Source: an uncultured Eubacteriales bacterium
GTDB lineage: Bacteria; Bacillota; Sulfobacillia; Fermentithermobacillales; Fermentithermobacillaceae
Direction of reading: 5' to 3'
Assembly: GCA_964406505.1 (NCBI GenBank)
Contig: CAYORX010000007.1
Location: forward strand, 10,841 to 74,840
Length of the DNA stretch: 64,000 nt
Under the pieces are notes generated by a model that did no database searches, was not told the DNA's origin, and saw only the letters and a program-made list of their open reading frames with translations. The translations under genes and the position numbers were made by a program. Of the stretch, positions 1 through 9,429 are shown in pieces (the stretch's first letter is position 1; the number at the start of each line of letters is the position of its first letter).

Positions 1-462
1 TGCAGCATTTGTAGCTTTGTTGGGTCTAAAAGTAAAAAAGAAATAAGCGAGTCCCAAGACAGTTCCAAAAACCATAACTATGTTATCTATGGAATTTAAA
101 GGAATAAGCGTACCCTGAATCTGCCTTACGAAATCACTTTCTATAGCTTTTATAGATAAGGCAGCACCGATACCAGTCAAGAACGCCATAGGCCACCTTG
201 CTAACCATTGAATTTGGGGAAAAAGTTTCGTAAACAGCACAATACCCAAAGCAGTTGGAATTAATGCCAAGAAACTACCTCTTTGGGTAACTGGTACTAC
301 AACCTGTCTTTCCACAACGCTCCAGGCCATAACCAATGCATACCCCGCCGCCACACCAACATAGAGGTTCTGGAAAACCCTAAAGACTTTGTTTTCTTTC
401 CACAAAAAGCTATAAATGCCAATGGTACAAATGGCACCTGCCCATACTATTGCTGTATCCAC
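1..462 (-). CDS. polytopic membrane protein, paralog of 51983..52576 (cassette gene D, copy 1); 5' end present, 3' end runs off the window start
   Basis: Minus-strand frame read by eye from GTG at 460-462 (SD GGAGG at 470-474) gives MDTAIVWAGAICTIGIYSFLWKENKVFRVFQNLYVGVAAGYALVMAW..., which aligns with ORF 51983..52576 (..VWKENPFYRSAEHLYVGISAGHAVVMAY..). It is absent from the ORF track because no stop codon lies inside the window. Confidence 0.5.
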   Translation of the reverse strand, partial: MDTAIVWAGAICTIGIYSFLWKENKVFRVFQNLYVGVAAGYALVMAWSVVERQVVVPVTQRGSFLALIPTALGIVLFTKLFPQIQWLARWPMAFLTGIGAALSIKAIESDFVRQIQGTLIPLNSIDNIVMVFGTVLGLAYFFFTFRPNKATNAA

Positions 463-473
463 ATTGCCACCTC

Positions 474-1313
474 CTAATTAAATTCACGATTATTCTTCTG
501 CGACTTTTCTATGAAAAATGCAATGTTCCCAAGGATTACAATAAGAACAATAACCATATGCCCAAGTGATTGAGCATCCATAGCTGCAGTTGCAGCACCA
601 GCTTGATCAATAGCTATTTCATATTCGGCAGCGGATTTTAAGCCGCCTCCAAGCAATCCCACTAACTGTCCTGATTGCAAATATGCCTCGTTTTGGGGAC
701 CCATAACCGCCACTACCCCGCAAGCCACGAGCACGTCAAACCTCGTCTGAACTTGCCTAACCCACTCGGCAGGGCCTGGAATACCGGTAGAAAATTCAGC
801 TATTAAGTCAAAATCAGCCGCAGTACTAACTCCTTGCATTATTGGATAAGAATCCAGGCTCTTTCCTCGTGAATCTGTCGGAAACACTTCTTTAATGTTT
901 TGACCGAAAGCAGATATAGCGGTATCCGAACCTGCGGCAAAACCAAGATGTATTATATCTTCGCCATAAACTTTACCTTGTTCTTCCCAATACCCGACAG
1001 CTTTCGTTCCAAATTGAAATCCTGCTTCAATAAACGCAACACAGATAACTTTCACATCTTTACTCATAGCATGAGTAAGAACGGCCTGTGCTTGGGGATC
1101 CACGTCCGGGCCACCACCAATAGAATAATCAAAAACTAAAAGCATTTTGTCGCCCGCTTGTAAGTTTTCGACCGCATCCACAAAAGATTGTGTTGGTCTT
1201 GTCACCTCTATCGGAATTCCTAACGGTCTCACAAGGGGCACTACAACTACTAGGAAAATCACAATATACAGTATCCTACTATCCATATGGGTGAATTTAT
1301 TTAGTAAGTTCAT
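474..1313 (-). CDS. uncharacterised bitopic membrane protein (N- and C-terminal TM helices around a ~230-aa soluble domain); cassette gene C, copy 1
   Basis: 293-aa ORF. The likely true start is the internal ATG (MNLLNKF..) at 1313, preceded by AAGGAGGG, which removes the 28-nt overlap with the upstream gene. Paralog of 52577..53425 (shared ..AMDAQSLGH..IVLIVIL.. C-terminal TM and many other blocks). Confidence 0.6.
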   Translation of the reverse strand: MNLLNKFTHMDSRILYIVIFLVVVVPLVRPLGIPIEVTRPTQSFVDAVENLQAGDKMLLVFDYSIGGGPDVDPQAQAVLTHAMSKDVKVICVAFIEAGFQFGTKAVGYWEEQGKVYGEDIIHLGFAAGSDTAISAFGQNIKEVFPTDSRGKSLDSYPIMQGVSTAADFDLIAEFSTGIPGPAEWVRQVQTRFDVLVACGVVAVMGPQNEAYLQSGQLVGLLGGGLKSAAEYEIAIDQAGAATAAMDAQSLGHMVIVLIVILGNIAFFIEKSQKNNREFN

Positions 1314-1326
1314 TCGTGTCCCTCCT

Positions 1327-1947
1327 TCATTCACCGCCGAAATAAGCCCTATCAATACCTACCAACACCCTAAATCCTGTAACTACCATACCAAGAGCAG
1401 CACCTATCATAATCGCTCTATTACCGGCGACGTTTGGAATTTTCATCAACCATTCAGAGGATTTTCCGAAAAATGGGGAAATTAGATTGCCAATTGGTGC
1501 ATTACCGATCATGACCAGAATCCCAGCAATAAGAAGGAATGCAGCATCTATGTTCCTAGCCCTGAAAGCCCGTCTTGCGGCAGATGCTATAAAAAAAATC
1601 ATCATTGAAAACATTGCAGTCCCTAAAGGCTGAAACAATCCATCATATAAAAAAGTGTAGAAGTTCGCTAAATTTTTCGATAACCCCGCTATAGCCATTA
1701 ATATCATACCGGCAAATACAAAAAGTGACATCCACCAATCTTCTTGCTTTGTTTTAATTCGTTTGCCATGCACGACCGACAAATTTGCCGCGGCTAGCGC
1801 CATAGCTAATGCAGAAACGATCGTTCCCCAGTTTTGAACTGTTTCAGCAATGGGAACGACTGCAGGCAAGAATCCTTTTAAAAAATACTCTAAGAGAATT
1901 ATTATTCCGACGGTAAAGCCTATAGCTATTGGTACTTCTTTTCGCAA
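1327..1947 (-). CDS. uncharacterised polytopic membrane protein (~5-6 TM); cassette gene B, copy 1
   Basis: 206-aa hydrophobic ORF with a TTG start preceded by GGAGGT. Paralog of 53429..54061 (..NVAGNRAIMIGAALGMVVTGFRVLVGIDRAYFG vs ..NTAGMRAIMMGAALGVVSTAMKMFLGIDKSYLG). Confidence 0.6.
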   Translation of the reverse strand: MRKEVPIAIGFTVGIIILLEYFLKGFLPAVVPIAETVQNWGTIVSALAMALAAANLSVVHGKRIKTKQEDWWMSLFVFAGMILMAIAGLSKNLANFYTFLYDGLFQPLGTAMFSMMIFFIASAARRAFRARNIDAAFLLIAGILVMIGNAPIGNLISPFFGKSSEWLMKIPNVAGNRAIMIGAALGMVVTGFRVLVGIDRAYFGGE

Positions 1948-1960
1948 TTACGGCACCTCC

Positions 1961-2734
1961 TTACCATTTAAGCAATTCGACTAACTGCATATTTCCCATA
2001 GTTGCCAGCAAGGCCCCAAGAACAATAAAAATAAATGCAAATACTTTTCCATAATCTTGTGCGGCAAGATTTGCTACCTTTTCCGGGTCTTTGCTCAGGT
2101 AAGCGCCGCCTGCAAATATTTCTTCTCCTATAAGCGTATAGTCACAAGATGCCGCAAAAAACGGAACTTGCATAGCTCTAGCTGTGCCAGCAATTGTTAC
2201 AGCACCGACCATTGCCGCAGCCTCAGACAGCATCATCGACTCAGCCTGAAACTCACCAACCATAATGACACTCGCCGTTTTGTCTTGATTCATTATGGTA
2301 AGACAACCCGCTACAAAAGCAAACTGTTGAGATGACACAAATTGAACTGTTTCCGATTTGACAACTTCTGGTCTGCCCTCTTCAAGGTAAGATTGCCTAA
2401 CTACAGCATCAGCTACTGGATATACGTTCGCAGCGGCTATGGCAACTTTCAGTTCTGTATCGTATTTCGCTGTGAGCCTTGCCACGTGGCCAAGTATTTC
2501 GAGCCCTGCTAAATTCTGCGCAGCGCCTGCCGTGGTAATTTCCGTTCTTCCAGGAACATATAATACGGGGCGCCCAAGTTCTGTGGCCCTGCCCACAGCT
2601 TCTTCAATAGCATCTAAACCCGGAATTCTGCGAATATAATAAACCTTTCCTCCCGCAGCACGCTTCATAAAATAAACAACTATACTTAAAAAAACTATGA
2701 AGATGAAAAAAACTGTTTGCTTTCCCTCAACCAA
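1961..2734 (-). CDS. uncharacterised bitopic membrane protein (N- and C-terminal TM helices around a soluble domain); cassette gene A, copy 1
   Basis: The ORF track gives 1961..2752 (TTG). A TTG at 2734 sits 8-9 nt after GGAGGT and aligns better with the ATG start of the paralog 54092..54868 (MIVAGKQ vs ILVEGKQ). Conserved blocks include IRR.P.LDA.EEAVGRATE.GRPV and DY.LIGEEI.A..AYLS. Confidence 0.55.
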   Translation of the reverse strand: MVEGKQTVFFIFIVFLSIVVYFMKRAAGGKVYYIRRIPGLDAIEEAVGRATELGRPVLYVPGRTEITTAGAAQNLAGLEILGHVARLTAKYDTELKVAIAAANVYPVADAVVRQSYLEEGRPEVVKSETVQFVSSQQFAFVAGCLTIMNQDKTASVIMVGEFQAESMMLSEAAAMVGAVTIAGTARAMQVPFFAASCDYTLIGEEIFAGGAYLSKDPEKVANLAAQDYGKVFAFIFIVLGALLATMGNMQLVELLKW

Positions 2735-2890
2735 AATTGATGCACCTCCCAATAGTTAATTGTAAAAGCCTTCAAGATCCACCTCCAATTATTAGATTTC
2801 CTATGATTTCAGATATTCGCGGCTTTATTGTGGTTTTCCTTTAAAAATTTCATTAAATCCCAATATTCTGTATATTTTAGATATTTTTAA

Positions 2891-2930
2891 AAAATCAACA
2901 CCCCTACCACTTACGGTAGAGGTGTTTTAT
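2891..2930. terminator. rho-independent terminator, bidirectional (serves the amidase gene ending at 2949 on the minus strand)
   Basis: aaaaaa-ACACCCCTACC-acttac-GGTAGAGGTGT-tttatt: a 10/11-bp stem with an A-tract on one side and a T-tract on the other. Confidence 0.6.
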
Positions 2931-2948
2931 TAGTTAACTTGCCTGTGC

Positions 2949-4415
2949 TTATGGTATGCTTAAAGGCATCTTCCGATATTGGGTAATATTTTCGAACGAA
3001 TAAGCGATCTTAATTAGCGTACCTTCGCTCCACGGGCGGCCGAGAATTTCTAAACCTATGGGGACTCCGATAGGAGCATCGTCGGTGGGCGAAGAAAACC
3101 CTGCAGGTACCACAACCGATGGAAAGCCCGTGACCGAGCCCAATGCCCCATTTCTTTCAATTTGACTTCCGCCCACAAGACACGCCAACCGTTTTTGATG
3201 GGGAAATATGAGAGCTTCAATATTTTCTTTAGCCATTATCTCCATTACTTTGTCCTGAAGTTTAGCTTTTTTTAGAAGTCTGTCTTTGTAATCTACACTA
3301 TCAGTGCTTAAAGTTTGTGCGTGCTTAAGGTTCTCTTCAATATTTTTATGATACTTACCTGAGGCCAAAACATCGGCCATTGAATGTACTGATGCTCTAT
3401 CGCCAAGATTAACGAGATAGCTATCAAGATCACGTTCCAAATCATGCAAATGTACGCTAATTTCAGATACAATCTGATCTACATCTAGAATCTCTTCTAT
3501 ATCTATTAACGTAGCGCCGTTTTCAGCCATTACTTCGATACATCGTCTGATTGCGCTGTTTACATCCTCGTGTTCCGGGCTTAGCCCAAAAAAGCTTTTT
3601 AGTACACCGAGCCTTACACCTTCAAGGCCACTATGTTCAAGATATTTCGTATAGGATTCGGGAATGTTTTTCACTGCCCATGCCGTGGATGGATCACCTG
3701 GATCGTATCCTGAAATCACATCCAAAACTTTCACAGAATCTTCCACCGTTCTTGTGATTGGACCAGCGGCATCTTGGGTAAGAGAATATGGGATAATCCC
3801 ATTACGGCTTACCAATCCGATCGTCGGCCTAATTCCAACTAAACTACAAGCTGATGCCGGTGACCTTATAGAGTTTATCGTATCAGTACCAATACCTATC
3901 ACACCAAAGTTTGCAGCGATACCCGCCCCAGTTCCTCCGCTAGATCCGCCTGGTGTCCTTGTAAGGTCATAAGGATTAAGTGTCTGGCCCAGAATTGAAC
4001 TCACAGTTTCTCCCCAAACAGCAAACTCGTGGAGGTTAACTTTCGCCAATATTATGGCACCAGCATCCAAAAGTTTTTTAGTAATAAACGCATCTTCTTT
4101 AGGAACATAATCTTGCAGACTTAATGAACCGCCTGTGGTAGGCATATCTTTTGTATCTACATTGTCCTTAAGCAAAACCGGTATGCCGTGGAGTAGCTTT
4201 AATGAACCGTTTTGCTTAAACTCCTTATCTTTTTCGTCAGCTATATCCAAAGCCTTGGGATTCAAATATATAATGGAGTTTAGTGACGGTCCTTTTTGAT
4301 CATAGGCCTCTATCCTTTTCAAATAACCTTCTATCAACTGCCGAAAACTTAGTTCGCCACGCCTCACTGCCTCGTGAATACCGGCAATAGTCAATTCATT
4401 AAAACTTATTGCCAT
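2949..4415 (-). CDS. amidase (amidase-signature family)
   Basis: GGSSGG motif plus the Ser-cisSer-Lys context (..TPGGSSGGTGAGIAA.., ..GTDTINSIRSPAS..). About 490 aa. Start probably ATG at 4415 (MAISFNELT..); the ORF track extends to 4427. Confidence 0.85.
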   Translation of the reverse strand: MAISFNELTIAGIHEAVRRGELSFRQLIEGYLKRIEAYDQKGPSLNSIIYLNPKALDIADEKDKEFKQNGSLKLLHGIPVLLKDNVDTKDMPTTGGSLSLQDYVPKEDAFITKKLLDAGAIILAKVNLHEFAVWGETVSSILGQTLNPYDLTRTPGGSSGGTGAGIAANFGVIGIGTDTINSIRSPASACSLVGIRPTIGLVSRNGIIPYSLTQDAAGPITRTVEDSVKVLDVISGYDPGDPSTAWAVKNIPESYTKYLEHSGLEGVRLGVLKSFFGLSPEHEDVNSAIRRCIEVMAENGATLIDIEEILDVDQIVSEISVHLHDLERDLDSYLVNLGDRASVHSMADVLASGKYHKNIEENLKHAQTLSTDSVDYKDRLLKKAKLQDKVMEIMAKENIEALIFPHQKRLACLVGGSQIERNGALGSVTGFPSVVVPAGFSSPTDDAPIGVPIGLEILGRPWSEGTLIKIAYSFENITQYRKMPLSIP

Positions 4416-4503
4416 TAATATCACCAACCCTTTAAATTCTTATCCAACAATTCGCGTAGCACACAAAACTATCCAAAATTCACATTCAGAATTTGTGGTT
4501 GTT

Positions 4504-5685
4504 TTAGATTACTCCTTTATCCCGCAGCTGCTTTATCTCATCGGAACTAATGTTTAAATATTCATCAAGAATTTGTTCAGTATGCTCTCCCAAGATCGGG
4601 GCCGGCCTGATGGGAAGTTCTTTGCTTACAAATTTAATCGGGCATCCCGGTACCTTTAACTTGCCAGCCTTGCTGTGTTCAACCGTGGTAATCATTTGAC
4701 GTGCCAATACCTGCGGATGATTAACTACCTTGTCAATCGTGTTTATAGGCGAACATGGTATACCAGCTTCATCTAACACAGCAACCCATTCATCCACAGT
4801 TTTCGTTTTCAAATGCGTTTCAAGTATTGTTTTCAATTCATCGACATTATCCACCCTTGCTGGGTTAGTTTTAAATCTTTCATCATCAATCATCTCTGGG
4901 ATTTCCAAGATGTTGCAAAGAGTAGCCCAGAGACGATCGTTGCCCGCTGCAATGATCATTTCTCCATCTTTAGTTTCAAAAGTTTCAAACGGCGCAATGG
5001 ATGGATGGCGATTCCCCAAAAGACCGGGAATTTCCCCAGCCACTACATAACGAGCGATCGCATTTTCAAGTACAGCTACAATGCTATCAAGCATCGCCAC
5101 ATCAACCATGTCACCTTTGCCGGTTTTATCCCGTTTCTGCAAAGCGGCTAAAATACCAATAGCACAAAACATTCCTGTAAAGATATCTGCAATAGATGCA
5201 CCTACTCTCGTCGGCTTATCACCCGGGTGCCCTGTAATACTCATTATCCCACCCATTGCCTGGATCACTGCATCATAAGCAGGCCTCTCGGAATAAGGTC
5301 CGGAATAGCCAAAACCAGTGCTTGCAGCGTATATAAGCCTTGGATTTACTTCACGCAGTACATCATAGCCCAACCCTAGCCTATCCATGGTACCTGGGCG
5401 AAAGTTCTCCAATACAACATCAAATTTGGCAGCCAAACCTTTTAATATTTCTTTTCCTTCGGGCGCTTTAAGATTAAGGGTAATGCTTTTCTTGTTACGG
5501 TTAATGCTCATAAAATAAGCACTTTCACCACCCATAAAGGGTCCATATGCTCTCGCGTCATCGCCTGTGCCCGGCCGCTCTATTTTAACTACTTCAGCAC
5601 CTAAATCTGCTAATACCATTCCACAATAAGGACCTGCCAAAACTCTAGACATATCAAGTATTTTAATTCCTTTTAAAGGTAACAT
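4504..5685 (-). CDS. CoA-transferase family III (CaiB/BaiF-type)
   Basis: N-terminal LKGIKILDMSRVLAGPYCGMVLADLGAEVVKIE is the family III signature. 393 aa. SD GAGGAGG before the ATG. Confidence 0.85.
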   Translation of the reverse strand: MLPLKGIKILDMSRVLAGPYCGMVLADLGAEVVKIERPGTGDDARAYGPFMGGESAYFMSINRNKKSITLNLKAPEGKEILKGLAAKFDVVLENFRPGTMDRLGLGYDVLREVNPRLIYAASTGFGYSGPYSERPAYDAVIQAMGGIMSITGHPGDKPTRVGASIADIFTGMFCAIGILAALQKRDKTGKGDMVDVAMLDSIVAVLENAIARYVVAGEIPGLLGNRHPSIAPFETFETKDGEMIIAAGNDRLWATLCNILEIPEMIDDERFKTNPARVDNVDELKTILETHLKTKTVDEWVAVLDEAGIPCSPINTIDKVVNHPQVLARQMITTVEHSKAGKLKVPGCPIKFVSKELPIRPAPILGEHTEQILDEYLNISSDEIKQLRDKGVI

Positions 5686-5770
5686 GGAAAACCTCCTCTA
5701 TTATCCTGCTATCTACCTACCTGATTGCCTGTAAGATAAACTTATCACTGCTTGCAATTAATTGTATACT

Positions 5771-7135
5771 TTACACGGGTAAGAACAGCACTCCACCCAT
5801 GAAAATGATGCCGCTCAGTAACATTATGGCCGCAGAATATCCAACAATATCTCTAGCTTTTAAACCCGTTATTCCGAGAAGCGCTATCGCCCAAAATGGC
5901 TGGATCATATTGGTCCAGGTGTTTCCGTAAGCTACTGCTAACGATGTTTTCGTAAGATTTGCGTTCATCATCAAGGCTGACTGTATCGCTATTGGACCCT
6001 GTACTGCCCACTGGCCACCACCACTCGGAACAAAAATGTTCACGATAGAGGCTGTAATGAAAGACCAAAAATAAAACGTAAACGGGGTGCTGATACTAAC
6101 AATGCCTTTTGCTAATACGTCTACTAAACCTGAATATCTAACCATACCCATAATACCTGCATACAAAGGGAATTGAAATATAATACCGCTAACTCCTGAT
6201 ACTGCGTCCCTGACAGCCTCAACATAATTAGCAATGGTTCCATGCAAAAGAATACCTGCAAACAAAAATACGGTGTTTACTATATCTAAATCAAGGGCAA
6301 AACCTTTTGTCGCAAAATGATGCACGATATAAATCGTGCCTAATAATCCTAACGACAAACAGATTAGCTTGCTATTATTCAACTTGTCACCGACTGATTG
6401 GTGTTCGTCAGAACTGCTTTGGGCCGATTTTTCTGATATATCCATATCAGCATCTAAATATGCGGCGGTTTCGGGAGCAAGGGGGCGAATTTGATCGTCC
6501 CTAGGGTGAATCAAATATGCGAACAAAGGTGGAAGAATTATACACCCTAAAGTTATAACTATATTCATAGTATTAAACATGTACTCACTCATGGGTATAA
6601 CACCCATAACGTCTTCTAAAAAGTGCCCCGGGGTAGCTATAAGTAGCCCTACTGAAGCTGAAGGTCCACCATGCCATACCATTTGGGACAGGTAAGCCGC
6701 AGCAGCGATTAATCCATATTCAAAAGCCACATTTCTTTTACGCAATGACTTACCAACCTCTTTAGCAAGCAACGCGCCAACCGTAAGCCCTAATCCCCAA
6801 TGTATTACTCCCGCAATACATGAAACCAAACCTACCATGTACGTCGCTTGTCTGCTACCGTTTGGAATAGAAGCTAACCGTTGTATCCATTTTTTGATCG
6901 CTGGAGCATTTGAAACAGCTGAAGCAGTCACAACCATTAAAGCCATCTGCATGCTAAACGTAAGAAGTTCCCACAACCCTCTGTACCAATTCTGTACCAT
7001 GCCCATAGGGCTAACCTTCGTCACGAAAATTCCTGCAACAAATGCAATAAAAGTCAGCAAGACGGCAAAAATGCTTGGATCAGGTATATATTTCATTGAC
7101 CAGTTGGAAAACCATACACCTAGTTTTCTTATCAT
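5771..7135 (-). CDS. atoE: short-chain fatty acid transporter (AtoE family)
   Basis: Polytopic membrane protein. The N-terminus MIRKLGVWFSNWSMKYIPDPSIFAVLLT.. matches the AtoE pattern (..RF..WLPDPLIF..). The ATG at 7135 with GAAGGGAGA upstream is the more likely start (track: 7156). Confidence 0.7.
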   Translation of the reverse strand: MIRKLGVWFSNWSMKYIPDPSIFAVLLTFIAFVAGIFVTKVSPMGMVQNWYRGLWELLTFSMQMALMVVTASAVSNAPAIKKWIQRLASIPNGSRQATYMVGLVSCIAGVIHWGLGLTVGALLAKEVGKSLRKRNVAFEYGLIAAAAYLSQMVWHGGPSASVGLLIATPGHFLEDVMGVIPMSEYMFNTMNIVITLGCIILPPLFAYLIHPRDDQIRPLAPETAAYLDADMDISEKSAQSSSDEHQSVGDKLNNSKLICLSLGLLGTIYIVHHFATKGFALDLDIVNTVFLFAGILLHGTIANYVEAVRDAVSGVSGIIFQFPLYAGIMGMVRYSGLVDVLAKGIVSISTPFTFYFWSFITASIVNIFVPSGGGQWAVQGPIAIQSALMMNANLTKTSLAVAYGNTWTNMIQPFWAIALLGITGLKARDIVGYSAAIMLLSGIIFMGGVLFLPV

Positions 7136-7521
7136 CTTTGGCATTCTCCCTTCCATGTTAACTTCAGCAACAGTTTGATATGAAATTTATCGAAACTAAT
7201 AGAAATATCACCTACTTTCCTTTTGACTTCAAGAAAATCTTAATTTAGACATCTAGGAATATTAGGCACATACGAAATAAACAACATGTCTAGTATTTAT
7301 GAAATAAGTGTGTATTGCAGCATTTATTTATTGCTTTGTCTATTCTTCAAAAGCATTGAGGTACGGTAATTAATTTTTTATTCTAAATAATCATTCGATA
7401 ATAACACTTGTTATCCCTTTTTTTTACATTTAAATAACTTATATCTAAGAATCATCATTAACCTAACCGTCTATTGCGACAATTATTTGGTTTTCGCTCA
7501 GTATTAATCGCAATATTGTTT

Positions 7522-8313
7522 CTAACTAAATAGCTCCATGTACAATTGCGTTTGAGACAAAACTCGGCCATCTTTAAGTACCCTCATGCTATCGCCAGAT
7601 ATCTCATCTATAAGCACAGTTTTGCCATCTACTTCTCCAAACTCGTATTTTATATCGATTAGTTCTAAATCCTTTGCTTTTAAATGACCTTTTATAATCT
7701 CAGTCGCGTCCCAAACGTTTTGTTTCATGGATTGAATACTTTTTTTTGAAACTAAGCCAAGTGCTACCAAAGCATCTTCGGTAATAAGAGGATCTCCGCG
7801 CTCATCATCTTTTATGGTAAACTCCACGATACTAGGTAGTATCGCACCATGTTTTACAAATTTGCCATAACGACGGACAAAACTTCCCCACGCCTTTTCG
7901 CGACATATAACTTCAACATTAAAAGTTTTCGCTCGTTTGACCACTAACGTGTTAGCCTTATGTCCAAAATCGGAACCCAATCCTATGAAATGGGTTTCAA
8001 TACCCCATTGTCTTAATAAATTGAAAAAATAGACCGTCGTTTTAAGGGCTACGACACCTTTTCCTACTATTTCACCTATCACTTGATCGCCCCCAGGGTC
8101 TACTGCACCTTCTGTCCCCGTTACCGAATCTTTAAAATAAAGCAGTATATTGCCGTCGCCTTTTAAGAAAACATCTTTGGTTTTACCCGAGTAAAGTTTT
8201 TTCAATGTATAACCTCCAAACGCTTGCTTTGTAATTCCATCATTTACCACTAGGCTAATTAGTTTCATAAACTTGCTCAAACTTCTGTTTTGCCACGTCA
8301 TAACTTTACGCAA
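7522..8313 (-). CDS. SAICAR synthetase family protein (PurC-like), orphan
   Basis: Three PurC motifs in canonical order: LYSGKTKDVF, VICREKAWGSFVRRYG, LIDIKYEFG. There is a ~25-aa N-terminal extension, no convincing SD and an uncertain start. No other pur genes are nearby. Confidence 0.55.
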   Translation of the reverse strand: MRKVMTWQNRSLSKFMKLISLVVNDGITKQAFGGYTLKKLYSGKTKDVFLKGDGNILLYFKDSVTGTEGAVDPGGDQVIGEIVGKGVVALKTTVYFFNLLRQWGIETHFIGLGSDFGHKANTLVVKRAKTFNVEVICREKAWGSFVRRYGKFVKHGAILPSIVEFTIKDDERGDPLITEDALVALGLVSKKSIQSMKQNVWDATEIIKGHLKAKDLELIDIKYEFGEVDGKTVLIDEISGDSMRVLKDGRVLSQTQLYMELFS

Positions 8314-8438
8314 CTAGTAACCCAAATCTCTTCGTAATGATACATCAAACTGCAGGAAAAAATAGCTTATATAGCGAAATCGTCTGTGTAGCCTAAAATT
8401 GCTTAATGACAGGCAACCAGAAAGGAGATCATAACTAG

Positions 8439-9383
8439 ATGAAGCGAATAATTGTAACCGGGGCAAGCGGCCAAATTGGCGTTGAGCTTGTACCTTATTT
8501 AAGAAACATTTACGGTGATCTAAACGTGCTCGCTACTGCACCAGAACATGAAGTTGAAACTATCTCCGAGGGAGGGCCATGTGAGGTTTTAGATGTCCGA
8601 GATGGTAATACTTTCTCCCGACTGGTGAGTTCTTTTAAAGCTGACACGATCATACATCTTGCAGGCATCCTTTCAGCCTTAGCAGAAAAAAGACCACAAG
8701 AATCATGGGAAGTAAACGCCCAAGGCACTTTTACGGCCTTAGAATGCGCCCGTGAATCCGGGGCTGCCTTGTTTTTTCCAAGTTCCATTGCGGCATTCGG
8801 ACCCTCCACACCAGCTGACAATACACCTCAGGTAACTATACAACGACCTACTACTATCTACGGTGTAGCCAAAACTACTTGCGAATTGTTGTGCGATTAT
8901 TACCACTTAAAGTATGGGTTAGACACTCGAAGCCTTCGCTTCCCAGGCCTAATATCATATGAAGCTTTACCAGGTGGTGGCACTACAGATTATGCTGTGC
9001 ACATTTATTATGCCGCAGTATCTGAGGGAAAATACACTAGCTATATTGCACCAGGAACTTACATGGATATGATGTATATGCCTGATGCCCTTTCAGCTGT
9101 GGTACAACTTATGGAAGCCGACCCGTCACGCCTAATTCATCGCAACGCCTATAATATATCTGCTATGAGCTTTAAACCTGAGCAAATCGCAAAGTCTATT
9201 CAAAAGATCATGCCGGATTTCGAAATATCGTACGAAGTCGATCCCGTTAGGCAAAACATAGCTGAATCTTGGCCAAACTCACTTGACTGCTCTGCTGCAA
9301 AACAAGAATGGGATTTTGAACCTAAATACGATCTTGATCGTATGACTAAGGATATGCTAAATAGGCTCAAAACTAAAAAGTGA
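8439..9383 (+). CDS. tdh: L-threonine 3-dehydrogenase, NAD-dependent epimerase/dehydratase (extended SDR) type
   Basis: MKRIIVTGASGQIGVELVPYL.. Rossmann N-terminus and overall similarity to the UDP-galactose-4-epimerase-like TDH family. 314 aa. SD AAAGGAG. Confidence 0.7.
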   Translation: MKRIIVTGASGQIGVELVPYLRNIYGDLNVLATAPEHEVETISEGGPCEVLDVRDGNTFSRLVSSFKADTIIHLAGILSALAEKRPQESWEVNAQGTFTALECARESGAALFFPSSIAAFGPSTPADNTPQVTIQRPTTIYGVAKTTCELLCDYYHLKYGLDTRSLRFPGLISYEALPGGGTTDYAVHIYYAAVSEGKYTSYIAPGTYMDMMYMPDALSAVVQLMEADPSRLIHRNAYNISAMSFKPEQIAKSIQKIMPDFEISYEVDPVRQNIAESWPNSLDCSAAKQEWDFEPKYDLDRMTKDMLNRLKTKK

Positions 9384-9429
9384 AACCGTAAAGTGCCAGC
9401 TAATTCTCGCAGATAAGGAATGATTAGCC

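Noticed and set aside
283-477. 64-aa plus-strand ORF at the window start, along with many other 60-150-aa antisense ORFs (e.g. 900..1139, 18419..18862, 31275..31859, 45245..45685, 47191..47634)
   Set aside because: They lie inside and antisense to long ORFs with clear homology. They have no SDs and show no conserved protein features.
1327-1355. 28-nt overlap of cassette genes B1 and C1 as annotated in the ORF track
   Set aside because: It is resolved by the internal ATG at 1313 with AAGGAGGG 7 nt upstream. The copy-2 counterpart starts at the equivalent position.
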